DNA from: the human T2T-CHM13v2.0 reference genome, Homo sapiens
Assembly: GCF_009914755.1 (NCBI RefSeq)
Contig: NC_060925.1
Strand: one strand, 5' to 3'
DNA: 64,000 nucleotides
Under the pieces are notes generated by a model. The model did not search any database, was not told the DNA's origin, and saw only the letters and a list, made by a program, of their open reading frames with translations. The translations under genes and the position numbers were made by a program. Below, in pieces: positions 32,575-49,280 of the stretch. Position 1 is the stretch's first letter. Each line of letters begins with the position of its first letter.

Positions 32575-33735
32575 GGGCAGGAGGGAGAAAATAGCTAGCT
32601 TCATTTTAGTTTCAAGTTAAATGAAATACAAAAATAAAACCACATTCATTTCTCCCTAAGCGTTGATACAGATACATAAATAAAGTATTGTCAGAAAGAT
32701 GCTGTCTAACTTTAAATAATTTAAAGTTACAGAAAAGAATCAATTTTCCTGATGTTTATCCCTTCAAAATCTTAAGACTCCTTCTTAGTGTGATTTGGAC
32801 CAAAAATAAAATAGAACCAGGCAAAAACAAAACAAAACAAAAAAAAACAAACAAGACATCTCTTGTTTTTTAATTTACCCTACACAGGATGCTTGTACTA
32901 TAAGGTAAGCTGTTGGCTGCTCTTCAGCATACCACTGCTTTCCTGACTTCCACTGGTAGGCAGGAAGCTTGGCTCTTTGGGCCGGCACAGGCCTTCTCAG
33001 TATGGAAGTAGGATTACACACCATTGAGTGTGTAATCAAATCAGTCAAAGTACTCCTCATCTCTACCTGGTCCTTTCCCTTTCATTTCATCCCAGAACCC
33101 ACCATCAACTCAAGTTGATTCATCATTATTAACCAACAAACTTTGATCATTTTTAAATTATTCATAATTAATTCACTTTGGCTACATGTTTATGAGTGTA
33201 AAGCAAAATATATGCCTCATGATCTCAAAAATGGTTCTAAATAATAAGATCTGGGCCAGTGTTATGTAAGTTAATTTTCTTTTGCAAATGTTTGGGCTTG
33301 ATCAGATTACAGAGATTTTTTTTTTCCTTTGCCAGGATTCCTAAAGACATTTCTGGTTTCCGAGAACAGAAGGGTTTATTATTCCAATCTGTTGTTAGCA
33401 CCTTGGAAACCAAAGACATTTATTAGATTGCCCTTTATAAAACTACATTTAGTAACCAGTATGCCAAGATTTACATTAGATTCTCTTTGTTATAGTGATT
33501 TCTGCTGATACATATACTATGCTAGGAAGATTCCAGTCAGTGATTGTGAAATATCTCCTATATTATTTGAATTAAATAGGCTATGGTCAAGTCTTAAAAC
33601 TCAAAGATATATATATCTATAGGTACATACATAGACAGATACATACCACTAGATATAGATATATATTTGCCACTGTAAATAGTTCATATTTTATTGCTAT
33701 TAACTCTTTCAACCACTAAATGTCTAAGGTTATGA

Positions 33736-34056
<321 letters not shown>

Positions 34057-34206
34057 TGATTTCTAAGGCAACCAAAAAGGAGTAAGATTTATATTTATTA
34101 AGCATCTGTTATATACTTGGTTTCATGCCAGATGCTTTATATTTATTATATTGTTTAATTTTTTATAGCATTCTAAATCTAACCCCATGATTCAGAGTTG
34201 ACGTGA

Positions 34207-34575
<369 letters not shown>

Positions 34576-37179
34576 TGAAAGTATCCGCTGTTTAGGGCCA
34601 AAGAAGCCAGGACACACATTCTGCCTCTACAGTGTGTTCTGAAACTCCAAATCCTTGTTTTTCATTTATAAACCAGGGATAATAACTATCTCATGATGGG
34701 TTGGTGATGGTTACAAGAGACAATGTAAAAGAGTAGCTATGAAGTAGGGACTAAATTAACATCAGTTTACTTCTTCTACGTGCTCCTTCTTCTTCTCCTT
34801 CCTTTTTCCCTATAGGTTTCTCTCCTGTCTTATAATCCACTTATGTTGGATAGGTAACTAAAAAATAAAATCGAAAATGGTAAAGCTGAAAGCGGCTGTA
34901 GTGGCCTTTTTTAAAAAATGAAGAGAATAAGGTCCAAGTGTTTAAAGATATAAACACAGCTAAGCAGTGGCAAATATACTAAAAAATGATCCCAAGTTCA
35001 ATGTATTTTTCACTCTATCTAGATAATGTGTATAGCTAAATTAAGTTAGTTCATGTTTCACCCACCCTCCAGAATCCCTTCCATTCTAAACTCAATCAAG
35101 AATTTTTCAGCACCCAGGTTTTTACTACAGATAGCGCTTGTAAAGTTCCATGTACCTCAAAAATGGACACAATGGCAACCTGGAGATACTACCCATGTAC
35201 CCTGTTTAAAGGTTGCAGCCACTGTTTAGTTTCAAAAAATTATTGCTATGCAGAAATTTTGACCTACGGTTGCTAGATATTTTTCAAGAACAGAGTATCA
35301 GTGTAAATCTGAGTATCAGTGTAAAATTTTCCATTTTTTTTAACATTAAGAAGGCAAAATAAACCACCAGTTCGTGCCTTTCATGATAATGTCTAGAATG
35401 GAGGAAATAAGCTTTGGATAATCCAAGAACATCCATGCAAGTTCTCCTCTCAATAAAGGAATTAGGGGAGAATAGAGGAGAACTCTTTTTCCTCCCAGTT
35501 TCTGTTTTCACTTGCCTGCATTTTAAATTGAGTAAAAAGTGATCCTGAATGAGTCTGTTCTATCATATTTCCCTTCACTCTCTTTGAAGTTCAGGGCTCA
35601 AAAGTAGGAGATTAGTAAACATTTATCAATTAATTCATTGGTTGTGGGACTACTATTAATTTCTCCACCTCTCAGATTTCTTTATTTCTCCATCTCTTGA
35701 TTTATTTTTTCTGCAAACACTCATTCAATAAACAGTCACTAAGCACCTGTCAGGCCCTGTGCTGGAGATGATGAAGAAATAAATAACAAATAGTCCCTGC
35801 CTTCGAAGAACTCCTAGTGTAGAGCAAGAGCTGAATATGTAAGCAAATAACTCTTTGTGATGGTATGTAAAAGTTATACCGAGCATGATTAGCTTTAAAG
35901 TGGCATTTGCTTTACTTACAACCCGCCACATTGCCACAAAAGAGCTCAGAAGCTTAAAAAAAAAAAAAGTGCAGCTGTCAGTAGTGATTAACACAACGGC
36001 TAGACACTGTGTATGAGAACGGATATAGGTGGTTTTATAAGGATCATGTGGTTAAGTGGGACACGCATGTTGAACAGAGTCTGCAGACATTTTGCCCAAA
36101 ACTTCCTTTTGCAGTGTGCACATGTAAATGAGCCTTGCGTGGAAGTTTTTGCTTCCGGAATAAGATTGACTAGCCAGTGAAGCTCCTTATTACTCATTTC
36201 AGCAATCATTTGCTTTTCTTGATGCAATATATAAAACGTGTACAAATTACAGCAAAGGAACTTAGGTCACCCACGTTAACTTAGGACGTTTCTGTTGACT
36301 AACTTTGGGCGTTCTATTTATTAAAATTTGAAAGTCATAAATGCTGGGCTTAAAAGAAAAGAATCTCTCAGAACCTGAAATGAAAATTTAGCATTATATG
36401 ACAGTTTTGAGAAAAATGATTCAGAGTTCTTTAAAAATTAAACTTCCCAAATGATTCTAGATTGAATTATATTCTGAATACCTAATATCTGCAGATTACT
36501 GTTTTAGATGCTATAGAGACAAAAAGTAGGTATATTAGCCTTCTAATCCTTAAAGAATTTGTAGTCCAATTGGGGAAGTAAGCACAAGGCAGGTGAAAAA
36601 GAGAAATAATAAAACAAAGCAGCATACAATAAATTTCCAAATGACTAATGCCAATAATCAGAGATATGTGTGCAATTAGATAACAATAACTGAGTTAGAG
36701 CCATCTAGAAAGAAATCGTACTTGATGTGAGTCTTGCAGAAGGGAATAATTTGGATAAAACAGGAGAATAATTGGTGTATAAAGGAGAAAGAAGAGTGGA
36801 GCAAAAACATAGGTGTAGATAAGCTTCAGAGAAATTTAGGAAGCAGGGATCAGACTCCCCCGGCTGTAGCAGAGGAACTCTGGGAGGACAACGAGGACTT
36901 GGAGGGAATGAAGGTTGAAGTGAGACAAACAAGAACATGAATGCAAAGCCATGGAGTTCAGACCTCCTCCCACAGGTAACGATGAGCCACTGGATATTTT
37001 CTCTTAGCTGAGTCATGTGATGAACCTGGAGGCTGCATGAAGGAAAAAGGCTAGGAGTCATAGTTAGAACTAGGTATGTTGAGAGAGATGTAAGAACTTC
37101 ATCAGGCTAACAACTTGACATTTCTTCAAATATATATATTCTTTAAATAGAATGTTCAATATTTCTTTAGAAGGATTAG

Positions 37180-37560
<381 letters not shown>

Positions 37561-38761
37561 TGGGAGAAACTAACTTTCTATTAGTGTAGATTATATTCCA
37601 CTTTATATTAAAAACAGATTTATTGTGTTGACTTAGCCTTGCGTAGAAGTTTTTGCTTGAATTTTCAAAGGCTTTGTCGTTTTTTCAGAATCAATTATAA
37701 AATTCTATCAATATGAATATATGAACATATGGATTTCCAAGTGTACGATCCCTAGCATGAATAGTATATAGCATTTTCACTCTTTTGGAATTTTCTGGTT
37801 TTCAGGTTGTTTCCTACTTTTCAAAATTCGTATTTTCCTTCTATTTTCCTCTGTGATTTCTTGTAACATTTGGCTACTTGTCATAGATTTGAGAATATAA
37901 ATAATATTTATATTCAGTAAATAGTGCTATGTCATGCATTATTCATTTTCAGAGTTTCAGTGTACTTACTTAACCACCCACCACCTCACAAGCTGAGAAT
38001 GACTCTCAGCTGACTAGTTTCAAGTTAGTGGTGTGGCCTTTATGCACCATAGAGCTTCCATGTATGTTCCCCAAATACTAAGCCAAGATGGGTCAATGTC
38101 AGTGAGAATGTATTTGATTTCATTATGTACTTTTCATTTTTCATTACATGTTTATATTAGGTATTTATTTTATATATTTTACTATGTATGTATTTTCAGC
38201 CTTGGGCATTGCTTCCTTTGGCTAGAGTAAGACCAAGATTCATTTTGCCAAGTTTGAAAAAGGTATAGTTGGAGAACTGAGTGACCTGGCACTTCATTGA
38301 TTATATAGATATTATATATTTATATGATATATTCATTATAGTATATAAATTTATTATATAGATTTATTATATAGATTATATAGATTTAGTATATAGATAT
38401 TATAAGGTCACATAAATAAATAGCCCAGATATCTGGTTGACCAGCCCTCCTCTTAACCTGAATATGATTACGACAAATCAAACTTCCCCTTTTAACAATT
38501 AGTTTAATACAATCTATTTAATAGCTCTGAAATGGTTGCTGCATATCCTATCAGAAACTAGAGTAGGCCACACACTAGAGTTTATATTTGTGCAACTATA
38601 TTCCATAGGATCATCCAAGCTTAAGGTCCAATTTGGGAGTGGTTTGACATCTCTGGCCTGGTCCTGAATTTATTAAGTTGTCTTTGGGGTTCTTACTCTT
38701 ATCTGCTAAAAATGCAGGAAGGCAGCAGAATCATCTTTCTTGGGTTCAACATTAAATTACA

Positions 38762-38896
38762 TTTTTTTTATTTTTTATTTTTTATAGAGATGGGGTCTTG
38801 CTCTGTTGCCCAGGCTGGTCTCAAAGTTCTGGGCTCAAGCAATCTGCCTGCCTCCCAAAGCGCTGGGATTACAGGCATGAGCCACAGCACCCAGCC
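38762..38896 (-). mobile_element. FLAM (Alu monomer)
   Basis: Monomer with TSD aaattacat. Confidence 0.85.
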
Positions 38897-39721
38897 CCAA
38901 ATTACATGATTTTACCACATGACCCACAGTACCTTTATTAGGCTGTAAAGTTCTGTAACACTGAACCATTTGAAGAGAAGTGAAATCCATAAGTAATAAG
39001 GTAACTTGCTTTACAGAATTAATTTGCCACCTTTTTTTAAAAAAAAAAAGTAGGCTACTTTAGTAAATCAAAATACTCTAAAATATACCTACCCATTTTC
39101 TCACACCCATGGCCAAACGAAAAACTTTCCAAAAAGTAAAATTCACAAAACAAAATTCTAAACAGAAAGACTAACACAGGCTTTGTTTTGTGTTTTCATT
39201 TTAAAGAAGGATTCTTATTTAAGGCCATAAAAATATACAAACATTATCATAATTAGAAACCTTAGTTCTCTAAGAGGCCATCATAAACAATGTATAAAAC
39301 TATTCTAGGTTTCAAAACTGATCATATGCATGTATTATATGCGTAGAATATTGTGACAAACAAGTCGCAATTCTGTCTGCGTAGTGTTCTGTCAGCTGTG
39401 GGGAATACATTGGTGTTTTTGTCCACACACGCCAGAGATGAATATGAGAAAACCCACGTCACCGCTGAAAGTATAGACCTAGTTAACAGTCTTAGGGAAG
39501 AACCAATGAGAAGTACTTCTGTGAGCCTGCATGCCAAAAGGAATATTAATTCTCTTCAAGTATTGTCATACTTTTCAACCCCAAGATTAAACTCTTGTCC
39601 ACATAATCCTGAGTATATGGGAGAAGGGATGCTGTTTCTCCCTCAAAAGAATCTTCCCCAACTGCTGCTGTCTGAGGGTCTGCAGTGAAGCCTACTGTCA
39701 ACAGAAATACACTTTGAAGTG

Positions 39722-40208
39722 CAGGTTGAGCATCACTAATCCAAAATTCCAAAATCCAAAATGTTTCAAAACCCAAGACTTCTTGAGCACCTGCATGATG
39801 CCGCAAGTGGAAAATTTCACCCCTGAGCTCATTTAACAGGTCAGTGTGAAAACACAAGGGCCCAACACAGTTTATTCAGTTTCCCCAAGGAAAAAAAGAC
39901 ACCCACTCTGCCCTCTTTCTTTAAATACATCTTTTTCACACATGCCCAGTTTCCCCCACACAAGCGCAACCACAAGGGTAATATCAAAACTTTGTTTTAT
40001 GCACAAAATTACTTAAAGTATTGTATAAAATTATCTTCAGGCTATGTGTATATGATATATATGAAACATAATAAATTTCGTATTTAGACTTGGGTCCCAT
40101 CTCCAAGATACCTCATTATCTGTATGCAAATATTCCAAAATCAGAAGAAATCTGCAATTCAAAACACTCCTGGCCCCAAACGTTTAGGATAAGGGATATT
40201 CAAACTGT
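39722..40208. mobile_element. Tigger4 (Zombi)-derived DNA transposon
   Basis: TIR-like caggttgagcatcactaatccaaaa ... tttaggataagggatattcaaactg. Confidence 0.8.
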
Positions 40209-40729
40209 GTATATACATATATATACAGTTAACTATGTCTATATATATAGGCTATATATACATATAAAACTATGTCTATATATACAGACTATATATATAT
40301 ATAAATATGTATATAAATATATAATTTTCCCAAGACATAGTTCCAAAACTGTGCATTTGTGAAATAATAATTATGAGATCCTTTCCTTATTGCAGAAACA
40401 CAATCTTGCTATAGTTTGGGTTTGATTACCTTGCCTATCTAATGTAATACAGAAGAACACACACAACACTCACCATGAGAAGATGTGTGGGCACTGCCAT
40501 TTATTACCTAGGACACCTGGAGATAGACACTTAGTTTTCTAAATCTCAGCACTTTCATCTGCACCTTAAAGATAATGTTATCTACCTCACCAGTACACTA
40601 ACCAAATAAAATAGCATACACCAGAATAAACTATAAAGCAGCATGAATTTTCAAAGGTTTTGTTGTTTTTACAGAATCAATTTTAAAGTTCTATCCACAT
40701 GAACATACGGGTTTCCAAGTGTATCATCC

Positions 40730-41050
40730 CTTCCTTTATTAAACATTTGCTAAAACTAATAAAATACTAGGAATATCAGACACCAAATGTGCATTGGTGA
40801 TGAAATAGACAGAGTTCCTGCCTACATGGAAAAAGCATACAGACAATAACTGAAATTGTGTGTGTATGTATTTGTATATGTGTATTCACAAAATTTACAA
40901 CTGTAATAGGTGCTACGACAGAATAAAAGCTGAGTTAAGGGAGGGTCCACTTAACAGGCTTAGAGAAGTTCAGCAGAGTCTCTGAGGAAGTGACATTTAT
41001 GCCAAAATTGGAAGGACAGGAAAGAGTGAATCAAGCATGGGGGTGGGGTG
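40730..41050 (-). mobile_element. L2 fragment
   Basis: ctctgaggaagtgacatttatgcc; acagagttcctgcctacatgg. Confidence 0.55.
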
Positions 41051-41323
41051 GAGAGATGGGTTAAATGTGTGAATGAGTGACTTCACACTAAGGAACATTT
41101 TGAACTCAGCCATTTAAGAAGAAATATTCAACAGTGTGCACAACCAAGAGAGCCAGTAGTTATTACAGAAAACAAAAAGTCACACTTCCTAATTTTCTTT
41201 GTTCTTCACTTATTCCCTGAACATCAATAATCAGTCAATATGTGTTTTTTGAACTCTTACGACTGACTCTAGTATTTTTCGAAGTATAGTAATGATCCAT
41301 AGAGATAATTGATTTAAAAAAAT

Positions 41324-41438
41324 ATTATGAGGCTCCACCCTATAATTCCTAAATCACAATATCTTGGGAGGGGCTCTGGAATATGCTTTGTAACAAGCAT
41401 CTCAGGCAATTATGGTAGGCGATAAAATGGGAAAAATG
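41324..41438. mobile_element. MER5-like hAT fragment (copied at 42596-42709)
   Basis: cttgggaggggctctggaatatgctttgtaacaagcatctcaggcaatt. Confidence 0.45.
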
Positions 41439-43129
41439 CTGGATTAGGCACTAAACTAGGTGTTACATACAATATCAAAAGAGACACTCATGTATTCTGA
41501 CCACAAGGTACTCAAAATATAGCTGATAGGTGATAAGACATATACACTTGAAATTATAATTAACACAGTAACTTGTCAGGATACATGCCCAGACAAATGG
41601 AACCCATAAATGGCTTAGTAGTCCAGGCATGAGAGATCAATGAAAATAGCAGCTTCTAGCTGCAGCAACTAGATGTCCTCCTAGGGTACACACTATAAGG
41701 CAAAAATGAGGCCAGAACCCTGTGAATTCTATGAAATGCATGAAGAAGCATTAGCTGGGATACTTTGCTGAAAGACCAAGTGACATTTTAGAAGTTCTAG
41801 TCATGATTGCGGAAATCTTTGTGCAGCAGAGTCCTGTCCAACTTCTTCAACTACTATCCTAGGAAATGTAAAGGATAGTGCAAAACACATATGGATAGAG
41901 CACAGGAATGCCAGGACTGTATCTTCAACCCTCTCCCCATGTGAAAACCGATTCAGGAGAGGTGATCTGAGTCACTACAAATTCATAATCTAGGAATTCA
42001 ACCCGTTTTTTCAGGCCTCGTTCTCCCACTCCAGCCAAACGTAAAAAAAGCCTTCAATTATGAAATCAGAATTGCCCACCCCTGTGACAGTTACAGCCTT
42101 GGAAAGGATATAGGCTCCAACCTGCACCAAAAAGACTTTGGTTTAGGATAAAACAACATACAAACTTAACTGTCATTATCCATCCCTGTTTCCCAAATTG
42201 CTGCCTAGAGTCAGGTACTTTGCTAAGCAGGATTTTTTACCTGGATGCCTAATCCTTCTTTCATGTTTTAATCTCTAGGGTTTATGGGACTTGGTCTGGA
42301 CTGAATTTTATGATTTCCCAACCTGCATGCACTTAACTCATTGTTGTGTTGCTTAATTTTGCCGGACTTGACTTCAGGCCTTCCAAATAATATTACTTTC
42401 TGATGTTATATTCTAAGGGCAACAAATATTGACAAAAGAGATGCTCAGAAGCAAGTGTAGGATTGAAGAGGGAATAACCTGCCCCACTGCCTTCCCTCTT
42501 TTTCTCTATATTTCGATTCTTGCTCCTCTAAGTGACTTGATAGCACAGAATTTTGAGGAGCTTTCCTAACACATATCCCCAACATGCCTTACATGATTAT
42601 GAGGCTCTGCCCCATAATTATTAAATCACAATATCTTGGGAGGGGCTCTGGAATATGCTTTGTAAAAAGCATCTAAGGCAGTTATGTAGGTGATGAAAAG
42701 GGGAAAATGATTGTTACATAATTGTTCATGTAAGCTTCTGGGTATGTATGCCACCACAACCTCCCATCACCACCAGCCTATGCCCAATTTGAAAGAGCAT
42801 GAATGAATATTTAAACACAAAGTGACCTGAAATTCTACTTTGGAAAACTTTTCAACAACTGGTTTATTAGCCACTGAGATCTTTTGCATAAGATCACAAA
42901 AGTCATCACTGATAATTCTATGCCTTTTCTTGTGTTTCTCCAAAAGTCGGGAATGTCACTATCTCTCATCCTTATGTGTTAAGGCACAGCAGAAAATAGA
43001 CATCTGTGACTGTTTTTGGCGTTTTCAATGGATAATTACTTGTTCCTGCCACTAGTTCACAACAATGAACCATGTTTATCATACTGTATACTGCTTAGCT
43101 GTGTATGTGTCTATCACTTAAATTGTCAG

Positions 43130-43355
43130 CATGTTAGGGTGCAAGGAACATGGGCTTTGAATTCGGAAGGTTTTGGCTTCATCATTTACTTCCTATGGGC
43201 ATTTAATAAAATTACATAAACACTATTGGTTTTCCAGTTTTCTTCTATTTAATGTAATTAGTAATATCTATTTAATGGGCTTGTTGGGAATATTATATGA
43301 CAATATTTATAAAGAGGGCCTTGTACAGTGCTGGATACAGAGTAAGTCCTCAAAA
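43130..43355 (+). mobile_element. MIR SINE
   Basis: gaacatgggctttgaattcgg...acagtgctggatacagagtaagtcctcaaaa. Confidence 0.6.
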
Positions 43356-44369
43356 TGCCACCTGAGCTGATGAAATCAGAATGGCCAGTATGCTCTGGCA
43401 CTGGCACTTCTGGTAGAACTCATGCTCACAGCAGTGGCTATTTTTATCATATCCTGAAAAGACTTCTCATGTCTCAAAAATTCCTGCCAAATAAATGGAT
43501 AGTTTGTTCTGCCTTCAGTGCCCTCCCAGTTCCCAGACAGAAACACAATATGAACTACAAATTCCAAAATCCACATTTAAAGTTCTACCAACTGCCAACT
43601 AAAACAGAATTTTCCCAATTCCTCCTTTTTCTATGTTCCAGGCAGCTAGTGAGAAGGTGTTGGTAAAACGTGTGGTTTCCCCTAACACAACCTCATTGAC
43701 CTTCTGCCCTTTCTAAAGATGTTTTCCTCTTCAACATTTAAAGAACTGTAAAGTTAATTTTTCCCACCGAATAACCAATGACTATATAGGCAAACATCTA
43801 ACAGAAATACTGAGAAGGAAGAGGAGGATAAATAAATCTTCCCTAGGAAATATTATTTTCATCACAAATTTACCTGGAACACTTTTGATAGACATAGAGC
43901 CCAATCTCTCCCTACTAGAGAAATCATTACTTCTGAAACATTAAGATCCCAGAAAATAAGCACATAGTTGGAGCAACATTGGCAAGTGGGTTTAATAAGA
44001 ACATGTGAAGTAGGACATTATTAGGACATTCCTAGGAAAAGATAAATTGAATTTTATTTTCAAAAGCTGCCTTAAAATTTCTAACACACAAGTCAGAGAG
44101 AGTGAGCAGTAAAATATGTTTGAAAGTACAATAACAGATGAACAGTCTAAATTCTAAATTTTAAGTAACGACCAAGAAGGAAAGGCCCTTCCATATAGCT
44201 TATAAAGGAAAACAAAAGGCTTTCTACAAAGAGTTAATTACTGCAAATTAGATGACCACAGAATTTTGACTACTAAGAAAGACAGAAAAGTATTACCAGA
44301 CAATAGAGATCTGAGGTGAAAAAAAAAAAGAATCTTCTAGAGACTGAAATATGTTTCCACACCTTGCTA

Positions 44370-45940
<1,571 letters not shown>

Positions 45941-47559
45941 AAATTCTGAATACAAAAATTACTAATTAAATATGTGTAAGTTATTTGTTAGTAAACTACA
46001 AGTTTATATGGACTTAGTCAGTCTCAATGAATTATCTTGATTTTACACAGCCTTCAGTTTAATCTCTACAGAACTACCTGGTACTAATAGCAAAGTTCTA
46101 TTGTCCATTTCTGTCGGTATAAGCAACAAACATATCATTCACAACTAAATGCAAGTGTAACTTACAAAAGTAATAACTAAACCTGGATATTAACAAGTTC
46201 ATATTGAACTGCAAGTTAATAAAATACTATCAATAAATCCGAAGGTACATAATATCAAAGAACTTAACACTGCAAACAATACAAAGAACCCACACAATGA
46301 AAAAGCAAATGAGTACCACTCATGTGGTAAGCAGCCTGAGGTCACAAAATCATGATAGGAAAAGATCAAGTTCAAATCGTTTGATTCACCTTCACATGAC
46401 CAACCTATATATATTCCACAGGAAAAAAGAGAACTTGCTATGGTCATTTATTGCCTCTCTCTAGAGTTTCCAGAAGACAGTATGAGGTCTACTCACTAAA
46501 CCATTCAGTGACCAGATCCAGGAATAATCATTTGTCAGAGGAGAGGCTCACTGAATGATAACAGAATAAACTCAGGCTAACTCACACACCTTAAATAGAA
46601 TATAGGTTTGCTAAAGGAAACTATCCATGAATATCAAGTTAAGACTCCCACTGGATTCCAGGAACAAAAAGGCTTTCGCTTTTACTCACTTTCACAAGAG
46701 CTCTATGCCATTTACTTCTGGCCAAGGAAGTCATGAGTAAAGTCAAATGCTCAGCTTCCATGACAAAATATTGGGGATTTCTCAGGAATAGTTTCCTTCT
46801 CTTGAGCAGCTTCAAATATATTTTAAAACTAGGCACGTGCCCAGAGATACACATCCATACACGCAAATATATATAGACATATGCTAACAAAGATATACGA
46901 CAAGAGGTTACCAAAGATACATGGGTCATGCATGTATTCTTCTAAGTTTTTTTTCTTATTGTCATTTTCATGTTTTGGAAAGGATAATTAGACATGCCTG
47001 GAAATTAGGGTATTTGCACAATTTGGGAAAACTCAGTCATGGAAAAGAGGGTTGTGATGTAACATCAGGTACTCTCTACCTCCTTCTTACTCTTTCACTC
47101 ATATTCCATAGGCTGAATGGTAGCAGAATCAGAAGATTCCTCCTCTTCAGCTTGGGAACCTGTGAGTGGCCAGTACCAGAGAACTGCTACTGACCCATGC
47201 AAACTTTTAGAGCTGAAAATAACTATTAGAGTCAAGATGTCACATGATGTGGTTACAGAACTTGCCTTCTAGTCACAGTGATAAACAAACAAACAAAAAT
47301 GAGTCAAGTTAGGAGAGTAGTAGAAAAATTCTATGCAGAACTGAATAAGTTGTGTGTATATATATAAAATACATAAAAATATATAATAAAACATAATATT
47401 TCATTTTTTAAAACAAAAATAATTATATCTCACTGAATCTCTGTGATTTCTTTTTTACCTAGCTTCTCTCAGTGGACTAAAGTAAGATCTATAACTTTTC
47501 CCTCTACTTATTGAAGACTTTAATTATATATGCATATAAACAAGTATGTAAAAAATATA

Positions 47560-49280
47560 TCCATCATTTATTAAACAAATATTTCTTGAGCACTAGTATG
47601 CAGCAGGCACTGTTCTAGGCACCAGGAAAATACTAATGAACAAAAAGACAAAAATACCTGCTGGGAGTTACATTCTAGTGTGAGGAGACAGGCAGTAAAA
47701 ACTGGCAATAATATATAGAATTTATATGGTTATAACTGCTGTGAATAAAAATAAATCAGAAAAGGAGGATAAAGGGTTTTGAGAGGTTGCAATTTAAATA
47801 TCATGGTCAGTGAAAGCATCATTGAGAAGCTAAGATTTTAGTAAAATCTGAAAGAAGTAAGAGAGCAAGTTATTCAGGTATTCAAGGAATATTCCTCCAG
47901 GTGGAGGTCACAATTTGGGGGCGGGGAAAAATGGTGCCCAGCACAGTAAAGGAAGATTTGTGAGTGAAGTAAAACACACAAAAAGAAAATACGGTTAGAG
48001 GAATTACAGGTCAGATTACTTATAGCCTGTAGGACTTTGGCTTTGCTCTAAGTTAAATAGAAAGTCAATAGAGGATTTTGAGCAAAGGAACGAATAATCA
48101 ACACTTTTTTTTAAAGAATCACTCTGGTAGCTGTGTTTAGGATAGACTAAAAGTGTGAGATGGAATGGAAAACTTAAAAAGGATGATTAGCTAAGAGGTC
48201 ATTGCTATAATCCAAACAAAGGATAATCAGTCTTACTTAGAGAAGGTTAGTACCAGAGGAAATGGCAAGAAATATATTTCAATGATTAAAATTAACAGGA
48301 TGTACCACAGACTAGATGTGAGAGGCATAAAGATTGACTGTAAAGATTGTAGCCTGAGCACCCGGAAAGAAAGGAATTCCTATAAATACACAGAGAGTAG
48401 AAAGAATTTACCAAAGGCCAGTTAAGAGTGATGGAAAATACAGACATCCTAATTTTGAGAGGCCAATTAAACATTCAGGTAAAGAGGGGCAACTATATCC
48501 TGAATTAAAGGTAGGGATTCAGATAAATATTTAAATTTAGGGAATTTTCAGCATACAAATGGTACCAAAACCATAAGAATGAAAGATCACTCATTCATTA
48601 AGAATGAGAAAAGAGGAGGGATTTGAGGTCTGAGCCTTGGGCATTCCAAAGTTAAGAAGTGAGGTTACGAAGAAGAACCAGGAATGGAAAATGAAAAGGA
48701 AAAGCCAGTGAAGTCAAAGGTAAACCAGGTTTGTCCTGGAAGACACGTGAAAGAACTTGCCAAGGAGGAAGTAATAGTCAATTTTGTCTGATTCCACTCA
48801 TAGGTCAGGTAAGAGGGGTTTGATGATAGATATTGGTTTTAATGACATAGACAAGGGCAGTTTTTATGGAATGCAGAAAACGAAAGCTTTAATGAATCTA
48901 TTTTGTTCACTATTGGCGATGGTAAGCATAATTGTCTCATACTATAAAGAAAGAAAAAATGGTGCAGTAGCTGAGGCAGATAATGAGATAAAGAGATCAC
49001 ACTTTTTTTAATGGGAGAAGTCATAGCATATTTACATGCTGATGGGAAAGATCATGTTAGCAAGGGGAAAATTCCAGAGGGAGGAGAATGGCTGGAGTGA
49101 TATCTTCCAGAGGTTGGGGAGCTGCCCAAGACTCCAGCATGGATAATTCATCCTTGAGAATAAGAGAGAAAGTAGAATATGTGGGCATGGAGGCCAGAGG
49201 TTGAATGGATGAGGTAGTGGGAGTTTTCAGGAATTCTCCTCTAATTGCTTCTATCTTCTCAGTAAAATGAGAAACAAGAT
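47560..49280 (-). mobile_element. L2 fragment
   Basis: aaacaaatatttcttgagcactagtatgcagcaggcactgttctaggcacc; purine-rich body. Confidence 0.75.

Noticed and set aside
35294-35326. 18-bp tandem duplication (similar ones near 6477 and 45932)
   Set aside because: Ordinary slippage duplications.
40468-40530. Minus-strand 43-nt exon-like segment (ctccag|...CATG|gtgagt); also plus-strand 34816-34853
   Set aside because: One splice site is weak in each case, and such pseudo-exons are expected by chance in 64 kb.
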